Position numbers and translations under genes: made by a program. This document shows positions 1-8,967 of a stretch of DNA of 64,000 nucleotides, in pieces. The notes beneath the pieces are model-generated. The model was not told where the DNA came from. It saw nothing but the letters and a program-made list of their open reading frames with translations, and ran no database searches. Each line of letters opens with the position of its first letter. Within the stretch, counting starts at the first letter, position 1. Source of the DNA: Tubiluchus corallicola (lineage: Eukaryota > Animalia > Priapulida); contig JAQGDQ010000613.1 in NCBI GenBank assembly GCA_030141605.1, forward strand, positions 1-64,000, in the 5' to 3' direction.

Positions 1-91
1 CATTACACAAGATATTCAGTCGAAAACTATGTACTCCCCCTTCCAAAAAAAATATAATGAAACAGTCATCAAAATATAATGCTATTAAAAT
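1..91 (+). mobile_element. LINE (L2/CR1-group-like) 3' ORF2 fragment, cut by the window edge
   Basis: Near-identical to ~18914-19005 (CATTACACAAGATATTCAGTCGAAAAC...GCTATTAAAAT). The match ends directly beside the polycystin ORF stop codon at 92-94. Confidence 0.8.
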
Positions 92-3000
92 TTAGCAGAA
101 ATTAGACTCATCAATCGAATATCTATCATGTAGAGGAAATCCCGTGAAACGAAAGATGCTTCGACTTGGTAGTATTTTTGCGGCATCTTGTTTTCGCTGT
201 AACCAGGGCATTTTCTGAGTGATATAATGATAAAAATGATAAAAAATATCATAATGATTTTTCGTATTTAACCAACGTTGCACTGCAATTCGATGCGATA
301 GCATTAATATTGTTCTTAACATGCAAAGCAAAATGACTATAGATATAAATATGAAAATAACAACGAACAGTGAGCCCAGTCCCCACTGTAAGGTCTCCAA
401 GGCACAAAATTTACCTGATCTGAAAATCATGCGTAATAAAGTTTGAAGAGTTTTAGCATTCGTGCTAAAATCTTCTTGTATGTTTGCGGAAAGCAATGTA
501 GTCAGTACAAGTACAAACGGTACTAAAAAAATAAATACTAGCAACCAAAAATGTAACATAGGTCGGAAGGATAGTGATAAAGTTAACCAGTAAACTGACA
601 TACTTTTGTTCAATAGTAACATGTGCCAAAGATAAATTGTTACGCTGATGACGAGTGTGCCCAATGTTATTGTAAACAAGTAATGCCAACTTACTGCCTC
701 ATAAAAGTTAACAAAACTAGACTGCTTCCCTTTAAAGTTCTTCTCTAAAAGTGTGTTAACTGCAATTGTTCTTCTGTAGAAAACTACTATGCGAACAGCA
801 GACAAAATCACTATAGTTAATAGCACATAATTCCAATAGTTACGAAAATATTCAAACTTAATTACATTGAACTTCTTAACTTCCATACATATGAAAATAA
901 TTAGTATAATTAAACAAATACCTTCAGTTACCATGACGCGTACATCTAAAAATGTGGCATATTTTGCCAAGTCCATGGTGGAGATGCTATAAAATGGAGT
1001 TACTGTACCTAGACCAGTAAATTCTACTATCAAAATAACAATGCTAAACAAATTTGTGTTAGAATTAAATAAAGTAAGTTCAATCATTAAAGCGCGAGTG
1101 CGATCGTCTATCCACCTCGAGTTGATCAGTGATTCAATAATGGCTCTGTTTTCAGCAGTAGAATGATTTAGTTCCACCAAATAACCGCCTCCACTGTATA
1201 AATGAAATCTACCAGGGAATGCAGGAGTCCACAATGACAAACTAGACTGAAATGTCCAGTGATCAGGAGGATAGCGGGGATATCGACTGTAGCTCCACCC
1301 AGGCCCGTAGGAGGTGGTATCTTCTCGGTGCCAATGGTATTCACCGGTGCACTTTCGACCATACGGTTCAAAAATTGAAATCACAAAACACTGGCCTGGT
1401 TTCACTCGTACCTGACGAAATCGGACAACTCCTATTAACCTCGTAACTAAATCAGCAGCGACTACAAATGGTACTGGTTGCCCGTTATAAAGACTCCCTG
1501 GCGTCAGACTTGGTAGCAAAGAGTTAGTTACATAATCCCATATACCTGGAACATCCGTTATTGCAGCGAACGTTGTATTTCCTTGATAGTAAGCTCCATT
1601 AATCGCAAGATCCTTAACAGTTTTGGTTACCCAGAAAAAGCTTTTGTCACGAAAGTTAAAAACTAGGGTTGATAAAATTAAAGCGAAAAAGCTAAAAAGG
1701 AGAAGTTCGCTCATTATTTTATTGAAGTTCTGTTTTTGTAGAAGTTTTTCTCTGATAACAGCAATTTCACTTTCCTTTGGAGGTCTGTATTTATATCGTC
1801 GCTCTGTAATAATTCGATGTTTAACCAGCCAGTCAGATTGCAGCCTGTTACTTTCTTCAACTTGCAATAGCTGTAATTCGGCCATTGCAGGTTCTATTTC
1901 AGGCGGATGGTTAAATATCAACGTTATCACTAGAGCCAATATTAGAACTTTTGCTGGCTGAGTTAAGCAAATGCTGGACATAACTGACACCAACATTGAC
2001 AAGAGCCATTCGACACTTTTCTGATAGCCAAATTTTAAACCATAAAGCATGACTAAATAAGTACAAATCAATGAAATGCTAATAGTTAACAACCAAGCGA
2101 TATACACAAACCACCATGGCAAAATCATGACTGGACTGCCATAGACGTCCTTCCCAGTGCAGAGTGAAAAGGGAAATGGTATCGATTTTATATGATTGTC
2201 AGTGCTCATGGTAGAACTTGTACTCTGTGAGTCAATGCTGAAGTCGTCACTGTATTTATAAGCGATGTCTATGTTAGATTCCACTCTATTTTTTCGACTG
2301 ATATTTGTGGAATAAATGTAGGGATTTCTTTTCAGTGATATTACAGATTTTCTAGCCAAATGTCTGTTTTGATCTAATGCAGGAACGCACTTTGGCAGAA
2401 TTTCTATCATTCTTCTTGCCTCCACAATGTTGTGCTGTATTTCCTTTAAGGTTTCAATTTCGATATGTCTAGTGTTATTTATCCACTTCAGCCAATCATT
2501 TTCACTTCCAAACAAGACAACGTTTTCTTTCGTTGTTTCTTCAAAATTTCTTGAGGAATCGCTTTCAATTAAGCTCTCGTTTTCTGTATGATCACGATTT
2601 CTTCTAAAGCACCATCCAAAAGAAAAATGCTTGAAACGATTGCCCGGATAAGGTTTTGCAGAGCGGAACATTTGAATAATAAGTATGTTGATTGGAAAAG
2701 TAATTAAGACACTTGCAACACCAATATAAATTTGAGTCCAAGATAACTGAATTTCCCCTATTATTATTTGAGTCTCAGGCTTATTGGTGGCTATCCCGTA
2801 AAACATAATGTTGGAAAGCATGGCAGTCAGCATCAATGACAAAGCACATGATAGCCTTTGAACTCTTGTAAAACTACTTCTAGGTGGTCTGTAAAACACA
2901 CTTGCCCACAAGTGGCCGTCTCTAAAGCCTCGCAAAGCCCTATAAGCAAAGATGTGAGTAAACCTCACAAGTTCATGTTTGAAGGCTGGGAAGAGCCTAC

Positions 3001-6000
3001 ACTTCACAGTCTGTGGGCCACGATCAATAGCTAGCCAGTTATTGTAGGGAAAACACCAGACTGCATTTGTTTGTACGTCTTTTAAAATGACTAGTTTTAG
3101 AAACCAATTAGGATCATATCCAGAATTATCATGCCATATTTCGATAGCAGTAATTTCGCCAAGACATTGATGTGTAGTCATCAGAAACCAATCGTCAGCT
3201 CCGCTGTCAAATGTTGATCTGTCTTTATGATAAAGCTTAATAGGCAAACTATTTCCATTTTTTCCTTCGATTAAAAATGTAACTTTAGCAGTTGTCCCTG
3301 CACCTTGCCTCAATCCTGTGAACGTAATGATGAGGTATGTATATTTGTCAATGGGATTATTGTCTTCCAGTACTGTCACACCTACCCGCGTGGTATCCTT
3401 TTGATCATTTCTCCTTGCATATAGAAGCAAGGTCAAATACAACAACCACACAACCAGCATGAACACAATAATTACGGGATTGTCAAAAAATGTCGCGAAC
3501 AGAACAACATCTTCAAATGGATCAATCTGATTTGGTTTTACAACAACGGCTCCAGTAAATATGGTCATATGATAGCATTTACAATGAATTCGACTTGGCG
3601 TTGTTAATGGGCCCACAAAGCATCCCCCGTCCAACCAATTGTACAATGATATGTTCCAATATAGACACTTTACTGAGTAAAAGCTGAGATTGAAGTCAAC
3701 ACGTTGTATGGGAGGATTAACAGTAGGAGTAAAATTTGCAACCACGTAGCAGGAAAATATTTTTTCGTTTTCTAATGGGCTACCAGCCAGCCAAGTCATA
3801 CAGGGACAAGTAAACTCTAGCTGTTCTTCCTTGACAACTATCTTTTCCAGGAGCCACCCTGCTCCTATTCCCTGGTTATTGTGCCAAACAGTAATTTTTT
3901 CCAATTTTCCAATTGACTGTGACTCTATTGTAAATTTTTCAACTGTAGCTCGTTTAAACGTTCTTTTAGAAAGCAGCAGCTCATTTGTAATTCTGCGATT
4001 ACCATGAAGTCTGAGATACACGCGTGCCTTGGTACCACTATCCTTAATATCAGCTGTATGTAAAAACACAAAATATGTCAAATCTGGCTCCTGAAATGCA
4101 GGAGTTGCAGCTTCGTTTTGCTCTTCATTTGTTTTCCATGGAATATTAGCACAATTATCATTGTTCTTAATTACGTATTGCCTGCATACTTGATTAGCCA
4201 TTGAATAACAAGATGTGCGTAGGTTTTTGCAGGCTTTGACACAATTTTGTGTAACTTCTGCATCACATTTAGGCAGACATTGATAACACGTTGTATTACA
4301 AGAAACAAAACTTGTGTCACACTCACCTGTCGACTGTTCGTCACATTTCAGCATCATATATCTACAATGCTGTGCCTTGGTTTCAACAAGCAGTGTATCA
4401 ATACAAGCAGAGTCACTATTCCTAACACAACTTTTTACAGTTTCGCACTTGAATTGAGAACTCTGGCGACACCGCTGATGCTTTTTCGTACAAATCGGAA
4501 GACAAGTTTCAATTTCGAGAGATGTACTGCAATCATGAGAGCATTTCACATTATGTTTACTGCATCTGTAGTCTAGCACTGACAGACATTGTCTGTGCTG
4601 CGAATCACAATAACGAGATATATTTTTACAGTTTTCAACCCAATCATTATAGCATGCATACTTCTGCATGCAGTTATCTACACTGCAAATCCTACTTGCA
4701 TTTCCTTTGCACGAAGCTTCATGTAGGCTGCCATCACAATCGCTGTAGATCCCTGCCATGCACTCAACATTTTCTGACTTACATCTAAGAGATGGATGGA
4801 AGCACGAAGGCTCATAATAAGAGTCAAATAAAATGCCAGCGAAATACTTAATGGATACGTTCTGTTCATTATAGAAACTCACAATATTGTCAGCAAACTG
4901 TCTACTATAATAGCCTCCATTTATGGCAGGAATGTGAAAAACAGTGGAACCATCATTGAAGTTTTCAATCACAGGTCTTTTGCCTGTTTTGGTAACGACC
5001 TTTAATGCAACTCCGACAGGCATGTCTTGAAAAGACATTATAGCTGTACTATGAGCATTAAGAACAAATGAGTGAACAGTTATGTACTTGTTAAACAAAT
5101 GGTTTTCAAGTTTCACAAAAGATGATTTTGAGTACTTTGCATCAGCTGCAACATCCATGAAAAATTCTAGGGGCTCAGAAAGTTCATCAAATTCAGTTCT
5201 AGAATGCCTCAGCTGTCTGCCAATAGATAAACTTGCAATAGGAATGCTACTGTGAAGAGTCGACTCAAAAGGTGTGAATATATTTTGTTTTATGGACAAA
5301 ATCTCTAATTCTAGTTCATCTTCATGTTCTTGCATTTTTGAAAGCGCTGCAGCAGAAGGCAACTGAAAATGACCAAAACCATTTAACTGCAGTTCCGAAC
5401 CTCCTAAATGACTAACCTTTTGCCGTGCTACTCTAAGCGTTAATAGATTTGTCGTGAAAGTAGTTGGTTCATCATATACAATTTTATGACGTAAAGTAGC
5501 TGATGCTGCATTATGAATCGTGTCAATTGATTTCAGAATTATATTTTTAACCTGTGTAACATTTTCGCGTTTGTGACGAAATGTATTTTGAAGTTCTCTT
5601 TTTGAAAGTTGTTTAAATTTTTCATCATTAGATGTGCTAGTTCGTTTAGTAGTTTCACCAAGAATAATGGATACCGCAAGCAGAAGAGCACTTGTAGTAT
5701 CTTCTAAATCATTCACGTTTATATCTTCTGTGCTTTGTTTCATAAATGTTGCAATATCGTGAAACTTCGCAGTGATAGGTACTATGATTTCTGGATTTAG
5801 GTCGGCATCAGAAGTGATGACTTGGCTCATCATTGATGATAGGAATTTCATAACTTTGTGAGTGGACACAGGAACTTGAATAAGTTGATTTACCACCAAC
5901 GCTTGGATCTCAGATTTCATCTCAGTAACTTTCTGTACAAATTCAGGGTCTTCTGTTTCATTTTGTTTTCTTATTTTACTTACTTCCTCCATTATAACTT

Positions 6001-7396
6001 TCAAAGTCTGAATAAAATCAAGAATGTCTGTTTCATTTTTCATACTTGTCAAAGATGTCAAATTCTTCAAAGCATTTAAAATGTATGTTTCGCATTCAAC
6101 TTCTGATACCTTGTCAGTTTCGTTACATAGAAATGGTAAAACTGTAACATTATATTCAACTAGAAATGTTTCTTTTGTAATATTCGTTGCTTGAAGCAAA
6201 ATCTTACCTTCTCCAGCTGGAAGAGTTACCGGCGGAAGTATGGGCTCTGTGCTGCTGTATAAAAAATCTCCTTTAGACCCTTTCATTTCAGTTTTTCCTG
6301 TAAAATTTCTGTAATAAAAATCATAGGTGAAGAAGGTGCTGACGAAGCTACTATTGTCGCATTGTAACGAAAATTTTGTTTTCAGTGCTATTCCTTCGCT
6401 TGGAATAACAGAACAGGCAGTTTTGAATGGTGGTGGCTCATAAACAAACACTTCATAAAAGGCCGTTCCTGGAATACTAATAGCAGGACCACCCTTTACT
6501 TCTATCAGATACACATGTCCTGGAATGAAAACATCTTTTTTCAGGACAATTACATCAGTTCCCTTTCTGACAATGGCAAATGCTGTAATATTTAAGAGAG
6601 TGCTACCATCATTTAGCAAGGATCTTGCTCTTAGAGTCCAATAATAGATACCAGTTGATAAAGTATCGTTATTACAGCTCACACAAACGCTTTGCAGGAT
6701 TAGGCTTTCAGCTTTGTTCACACGGCGTCTGCAGTTTTTTAAACAATTTATTTGGATAATTTCGGCTCCTGCTGGTATCACTTTTACTACTTGTTGTTTT
6801 ATTTCTGACGGCCGATTAGGCTTCCCCAACTCAAGCGTGAATACTAAAACTGAATCTTGTGGAAAAGTTTTGGCTGAAATTGTAAAAGTTGGTTTATTAA
6901 ATGACAGAGCAGTAGTGTTACGTTCGATGCAGCCAATCCCCGTTGTGAATGAATAGCTAAACAAATCTAGCTCTATATAACAGCTCCACTTGTAGGTTAG
7001 GTTAGTGTCGATTTCATTAGTTGCCACACAGGCATCATAAGAAGCTGACGCATCCATTGTTAGATTGTCTTTCCAGCTTATGTTTCTAAGAAATTCTCCA
7101 GCAATAATAGGTTCTAGCTTACTGGAGATAATAATCCATCCCAATGTAGGCTTATAGCTTCTACTATTCAACCAGCTCTGTGTTGAAGTCAATGTTGGTG
7201 TAAGGCTGACAGTGTATGTACCTGGTGCTAGAATACCAGTATCTACTGTGATGAACTTATCAGAATCTATTTTTAGAGTTGTCTCTTTTGCAAGTTGACT
7301 TCCTTGCAGACAAGAATACATATCTGACTCTGGCACCAAACTGAAATGCCAGGCGAGAGACATGGAATAATTTATGGAACAGTTGTATACCGTCAC
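92..7396 (-). CDS. Polycystin-1 family (PKD1-like / REJ-like) protein, single uninterrupted ORF, true 5' end unresolved
   Basis: Domains in order: REJ module (LTMDASASYD..LTYKWSC; CSVIPSEGIALKTKFSLQC), GAIN-like region, Cys-rich block, PLAT#1 (TYFVFLHTADIKDSGTKARVYLRLHG..ITVWHNNQGIGAGWLLEKIVV), GPS (CLYWN..WLDGGC..CKCYHM/TIF), TM1, PLAT#2 (YLIITFTGLRQGAGTTAKV..WHDNSGYDPNWFL), HLWASVF..SSFTRVQRLSC, then polycystin channel motifs (RFRQVRV, YSGGGY, WIDDRTRALMIE). The track start is GTG; the first in-frame ATG is at 7363; an in-frame TGA lies at 7406-7408. Confidence 0.93.
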   Translation of the reverse strand: MTVYNCSINYSMSLAWHFSLVPESDMYSCLQGSQLAKETTLKIDSDKFITVDTGILAPGTYTVSLTPTLTSTQSWLNSRSYKPTLGWIIISSKLEPIIAGEFLRNISWKDNLTMDASASYDACVATNEIDTNLTYKWSCYIELDLFSYSFTTGIGCIERNTTALSFNKPTFTISAKTFPQDSVLVFTLELGKPNRPSEIKQQVVKVIPAGAEIIQINCLKNCRRRVNKAESLILQSVCVSCNNDTLSTGIYYWTLRARSLLNDGSTLLNITAFAIVRKGTDVIVLKKDVFIPGHVYLIEVKGGPAISIPGTAFYEVFVYEPPPFKTACSVIPSEGIALKTKFSLQCDNSSFVSTFFTYDFYYRNFTGKTEMKGSKGDFLYSSTEPILPPVTLPAGEGKILLQATNITKETFLVEYNVTVLPFLCNETDKVSEVECETYILNALKNLTSLTSMKNETDILDFIQTLKVIMEEVSKIRKQNETEDPEFVQKVTEMKSEIQALVVNQLIQVPVSTHKVMKFLSSMMSQVITSDADLNPEIIVPITAKFHDIATFMKQSTEDINVNDLEDTTSALLLAVSIILGETTKRTSTSNDEKFKQLSKRELQNTFRHKRENVTQVKNIILKSIDTIHNAASATLRHKIVYDEPTTFTTNLLTLRVARQKVSHLGGSELQLNGFGHFQLPSAAALSKMQEHEDELELEILSIKQNIFTPFESTLHSSIPIASLSIGRQLRHSRTEFDELSEPLEFFMDVAADAKYSKSSFVKLENHLFNKYITVHSFVLNAHSTAIMSFQDMPVGVALKVVTKTGKRPVIENFNDGSTVFHIPAINGGYYSRQFADNIVSFYNEQNVSIKYFAGILFDSYYEPSCFHPSLRCKSENVECMAGIYSDCDGSLHEASCKGNASRICSVDNCMQKYACYNDWVENCKNISRYCDSQHRQCLSVLDYRCSKHNVKCSHDCSTSLEIETCLPICTKKHQRCRQSSQFKCETVKSCVRNSDSACIDTLLVETKAQHCRYMMLKCDEQSTGECDTSFVSCNTTCYQCLPKCDAEVTQNCVKACKNLRTSCYSMANQVCRQYVIKNNDNCANIPWKTNEEQNEAATPAFQEPDLTYFVFLHTADIKDSGTKARVYLRLHGNRRITNELLLSKRTFKRATVEKFTIESQSIGKLEKITVWHNNQGIGAGWLLEKIVVKEEQLEFTCPCMTWLAGSPLENEKIFSCYVVANFTPTVNPPIQRVDFNLSFYSVKCLYWNISLYNWLDGGCFVGPLTTPSRIHCKCYHMTIFTGAVVVKPNQIDPFEDVVLFATFFDNPVIIVFMLVVWLLYLTLLLYARRNDQKDTTRVGVTVLEDNNPIDKYTYLIITFTGLRQGAGTTAKVTFLIEGKNGNSLPIKLYHKDRSTFDSGADDWFLMTTHQCLGEITAIEIWHDNSGYDPNWFLKLVILKDVQTNAVWCFPYNNWLAIDRGPQTVKCRLFPAFKHELVRFTHIFAYRALRGFRDGHLWASVFYRPPRSSFTRVQRLSCALSLMLTAMLSNIMFYGIATNKPETQIIIGEIQLSWTQIYIGVASVLITFPINILIIQMFRSAKPYPGNRFKHFSFGWCFRRNRDHTENESLIESDSSRNFEETTKENVVLFGSENDWLKWINNTRHIEIETLKEIQHNIVEARRMIEILPKCVPALDQNRHLARKSVISLKRNPYIYSTNISRKNRVESNIDIAYKYSDDFSIDSQSTSSTMSTDNHIKSIPFPFSLCTGKDVYGSPVMILPWWFVYIAWLLTISISLICTYLVMLYGLKFGYQKSVEWLLSMLVSVMSSICLTQPAKVLILALVITLIFNHPPEIEPAMAELQLLQVEESNRLQSDWLVKHRIITERRYKYRPPKESEIAVIREKLLQKQNFNKIMSELLLFSFFALILSTLVFNFRDKSFFWVTKTVKDLAINGAYYQGNTTFAAITDVPGIWDYVTNSLLPSLTPGSLYNGQPVPFVVAADLVTRLIGVVRFRQVRVKPGQCFVISIFEPYGRKCTGEYHWHREDTTSYGPGWSYSRYPRYPPDHWTFQSSLSLWTPAFPGRFHLYSGGGYLVELNHSTAENRAIIESLINSRWIDDRTRALMIELTLFNSNTNLFSIVILIVEFTGLGTVTPFYSISTMDLAKYATFLDVRVMVTEGICLIILIIFICMEVKKFNVIKFEYFRNYWNYVLLTIVILSAVRIVVFYRRTIAVNTLLEKNFKGKQSSFVNFYEAVSWHYLFTITLGTLVISVTIYLWHMLLLNKSMSVYWLTLSLSFRPMLHFWLLVFIFLVPFVLVLTTLLSANIQEDFSTNAKTLQTLLRMIFRSGKFCALETLQWGLGSLFVVIFIFISIVILLCMLRTILMLSHRIAVQRWLNTKNHYDIFYHFYHYITQKMPWLQRKQDAAKILPSRSIFRFTGFPLHDRYSIDESNFC

Positions 7397-7623
7397 AGTG
7401 CAACCTCAAATACTTTGTCATCACCATTCGATACTGTAGGAGATACTGAATACGAATTGCTTGAACCAAGAGCATCAAATTATGTGATATCTAACCTTTC
7501 AGAAAAGTGAGTTCGTGTCACTTGGCAGGGTTAAGAAAATTATAGAACGCACTGTTGTTACGACGCCGATTGTTTTCTGTGCTTCTATTGTTTTTTAGCA
7601 AAGTTTACATCGCATATATTAAT

Positions 7624-8392
7624 TCTACTGGTATATACATACATATATATATATAATTATAATATATATATATATATATAAGATTCGAGGCTACAGCGCG
7701 GACGACGGCACCATTTGTGACAATCTATATGTCAAACGAAAGGTCTCGATCTAGTGTCGTGCCATTGGGGGTTTATTTTTCGAATCGGGCCCACCGCGAG
7801 GAACGGGGGCGAAAAACCTCCAAAAATGGCCATTTTTCGGCCGTTTTTTTTTTCAAAAGTTATACGCCTGAGATCTGGAGAACGGGAACGGGCCGAGGGT
7901 GGTACATATGGATAGATAGCCCGTTCAGCGGTGGGTGTCATTGGCATATTTAGAATTTGCGAGAGGCCACAGCGTCCCGCAACGGGCGTTTTCCCGGACC
8001 CAACTCGCAATTTTTTCGAAATTTTGCTCAAACAGCCTGTAGAAAAAACGTTCTAGCGGCGCCTGGTGGGACTCTCGGAAGGAGATATATGACCCTTTAG
8101 AAAGAGCAAGAACAGGGCTACACGATGGTGTGGGCTATATGTTAGGAAACGTCCACCAAAAGGAGTATCGACGAGTTAATTAGATGTTCTATTTCTTGGC
8201 AATTTTCGCTTGGATAACTACTGACGCAAAGCCATTGTTGTGACGTCATACATTATACTCGGCCTATAGCTTTAATTCAGTAAAAGCTGCTGCTGCTGGC
8301 TTTGGGTTGTAAATGAGGACTGTGTAGGATGTACGCTTATTATTGATTATAAGTGTATTTGTACCCAATTTTTTTTGCGGGGCCTTTGCTAG
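7624..8392 (+). mobile_element. Non-autonomous Helitron-like element, copy 1
   Basis: 5' TCTA plus a (TA)n tract, then AAGATTCGAGGCTACAGC. The body is repeated at 8478-8967 plus 12074-12355, and partly at ~59757-59878. It ends TTTTGCGGGGCCTTTGCTAG (CTAG 8389-8392). The 5' boundary is approximate. Confidence 0.7.
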
Positions 8393-8419
8393 TCTATTAT
8401 ATTAATATTCTTGGTATGT

Positions 8420-8475
<56 letters not shown>

Positions 8476-8967
8476 TAAGATTCGAGGCTACAGCTTCGAC
8501 GACGGCACCATTTGCGGCGATCTATAATACATCAAACGAAAGGTCTCGATCTAGTTTCGTGCCGTTGATGGTTTATTTTTCGAATCGGGCCCATCGGGAG
8601 GAACGGGGGGGGCAAAAAACCTCCAAAAATGGCCATATTTCGGCCGTTTTTTGCAAAAGTTATACGGCTGAGATGTGGAGAACGGGAATGGGCCGAATGT
8701 GGTGCTGGCCATGGATAGATAGCCCGTTCAGCGGTGGGTGTAGTAGGCATATATAGAATTTGCGAGAGGGCCACGGCGTCCCGTAACGGGCGTTTTCCCG
8801 GAGCCAACTCGCAATTTTTTGAAATTTTGACCAAACAGCCTGCAGAAAAAACGTTCTAGCGGCGCCTGGTGGGACTCTCGGAAGGAGATATACGGCTCTT
8901 TAGAAAGAGGAAAGACAGGGCTACACGATGATGTTGGCTATGTGTTAGGACACGTCCACCGAGAGGA

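Noticed and set aside
1168-6956. Short antisense or alternate-frame ORFs overlapping the polycystin CDS (likewise over the CCP and CCSER exons)
   Set aside because: These are expected shadow ORFs of long coding sequence, with no motifs.
7554-7567. GTTGTTACGACGCC as an X-box for the polycystin gene
   Set aside because: Only a partial match to the RFX consensus, and the transcription start is unknown.
7717-8834. Paired short ORFs (MSKISKKL.. / MVKISKNC..) that look like a duplicated small gene
   Set aside because: They are chance frames within two copies of the Helitron-like repeat, with alternative starts, non-conserved frames and no recognisable domain.
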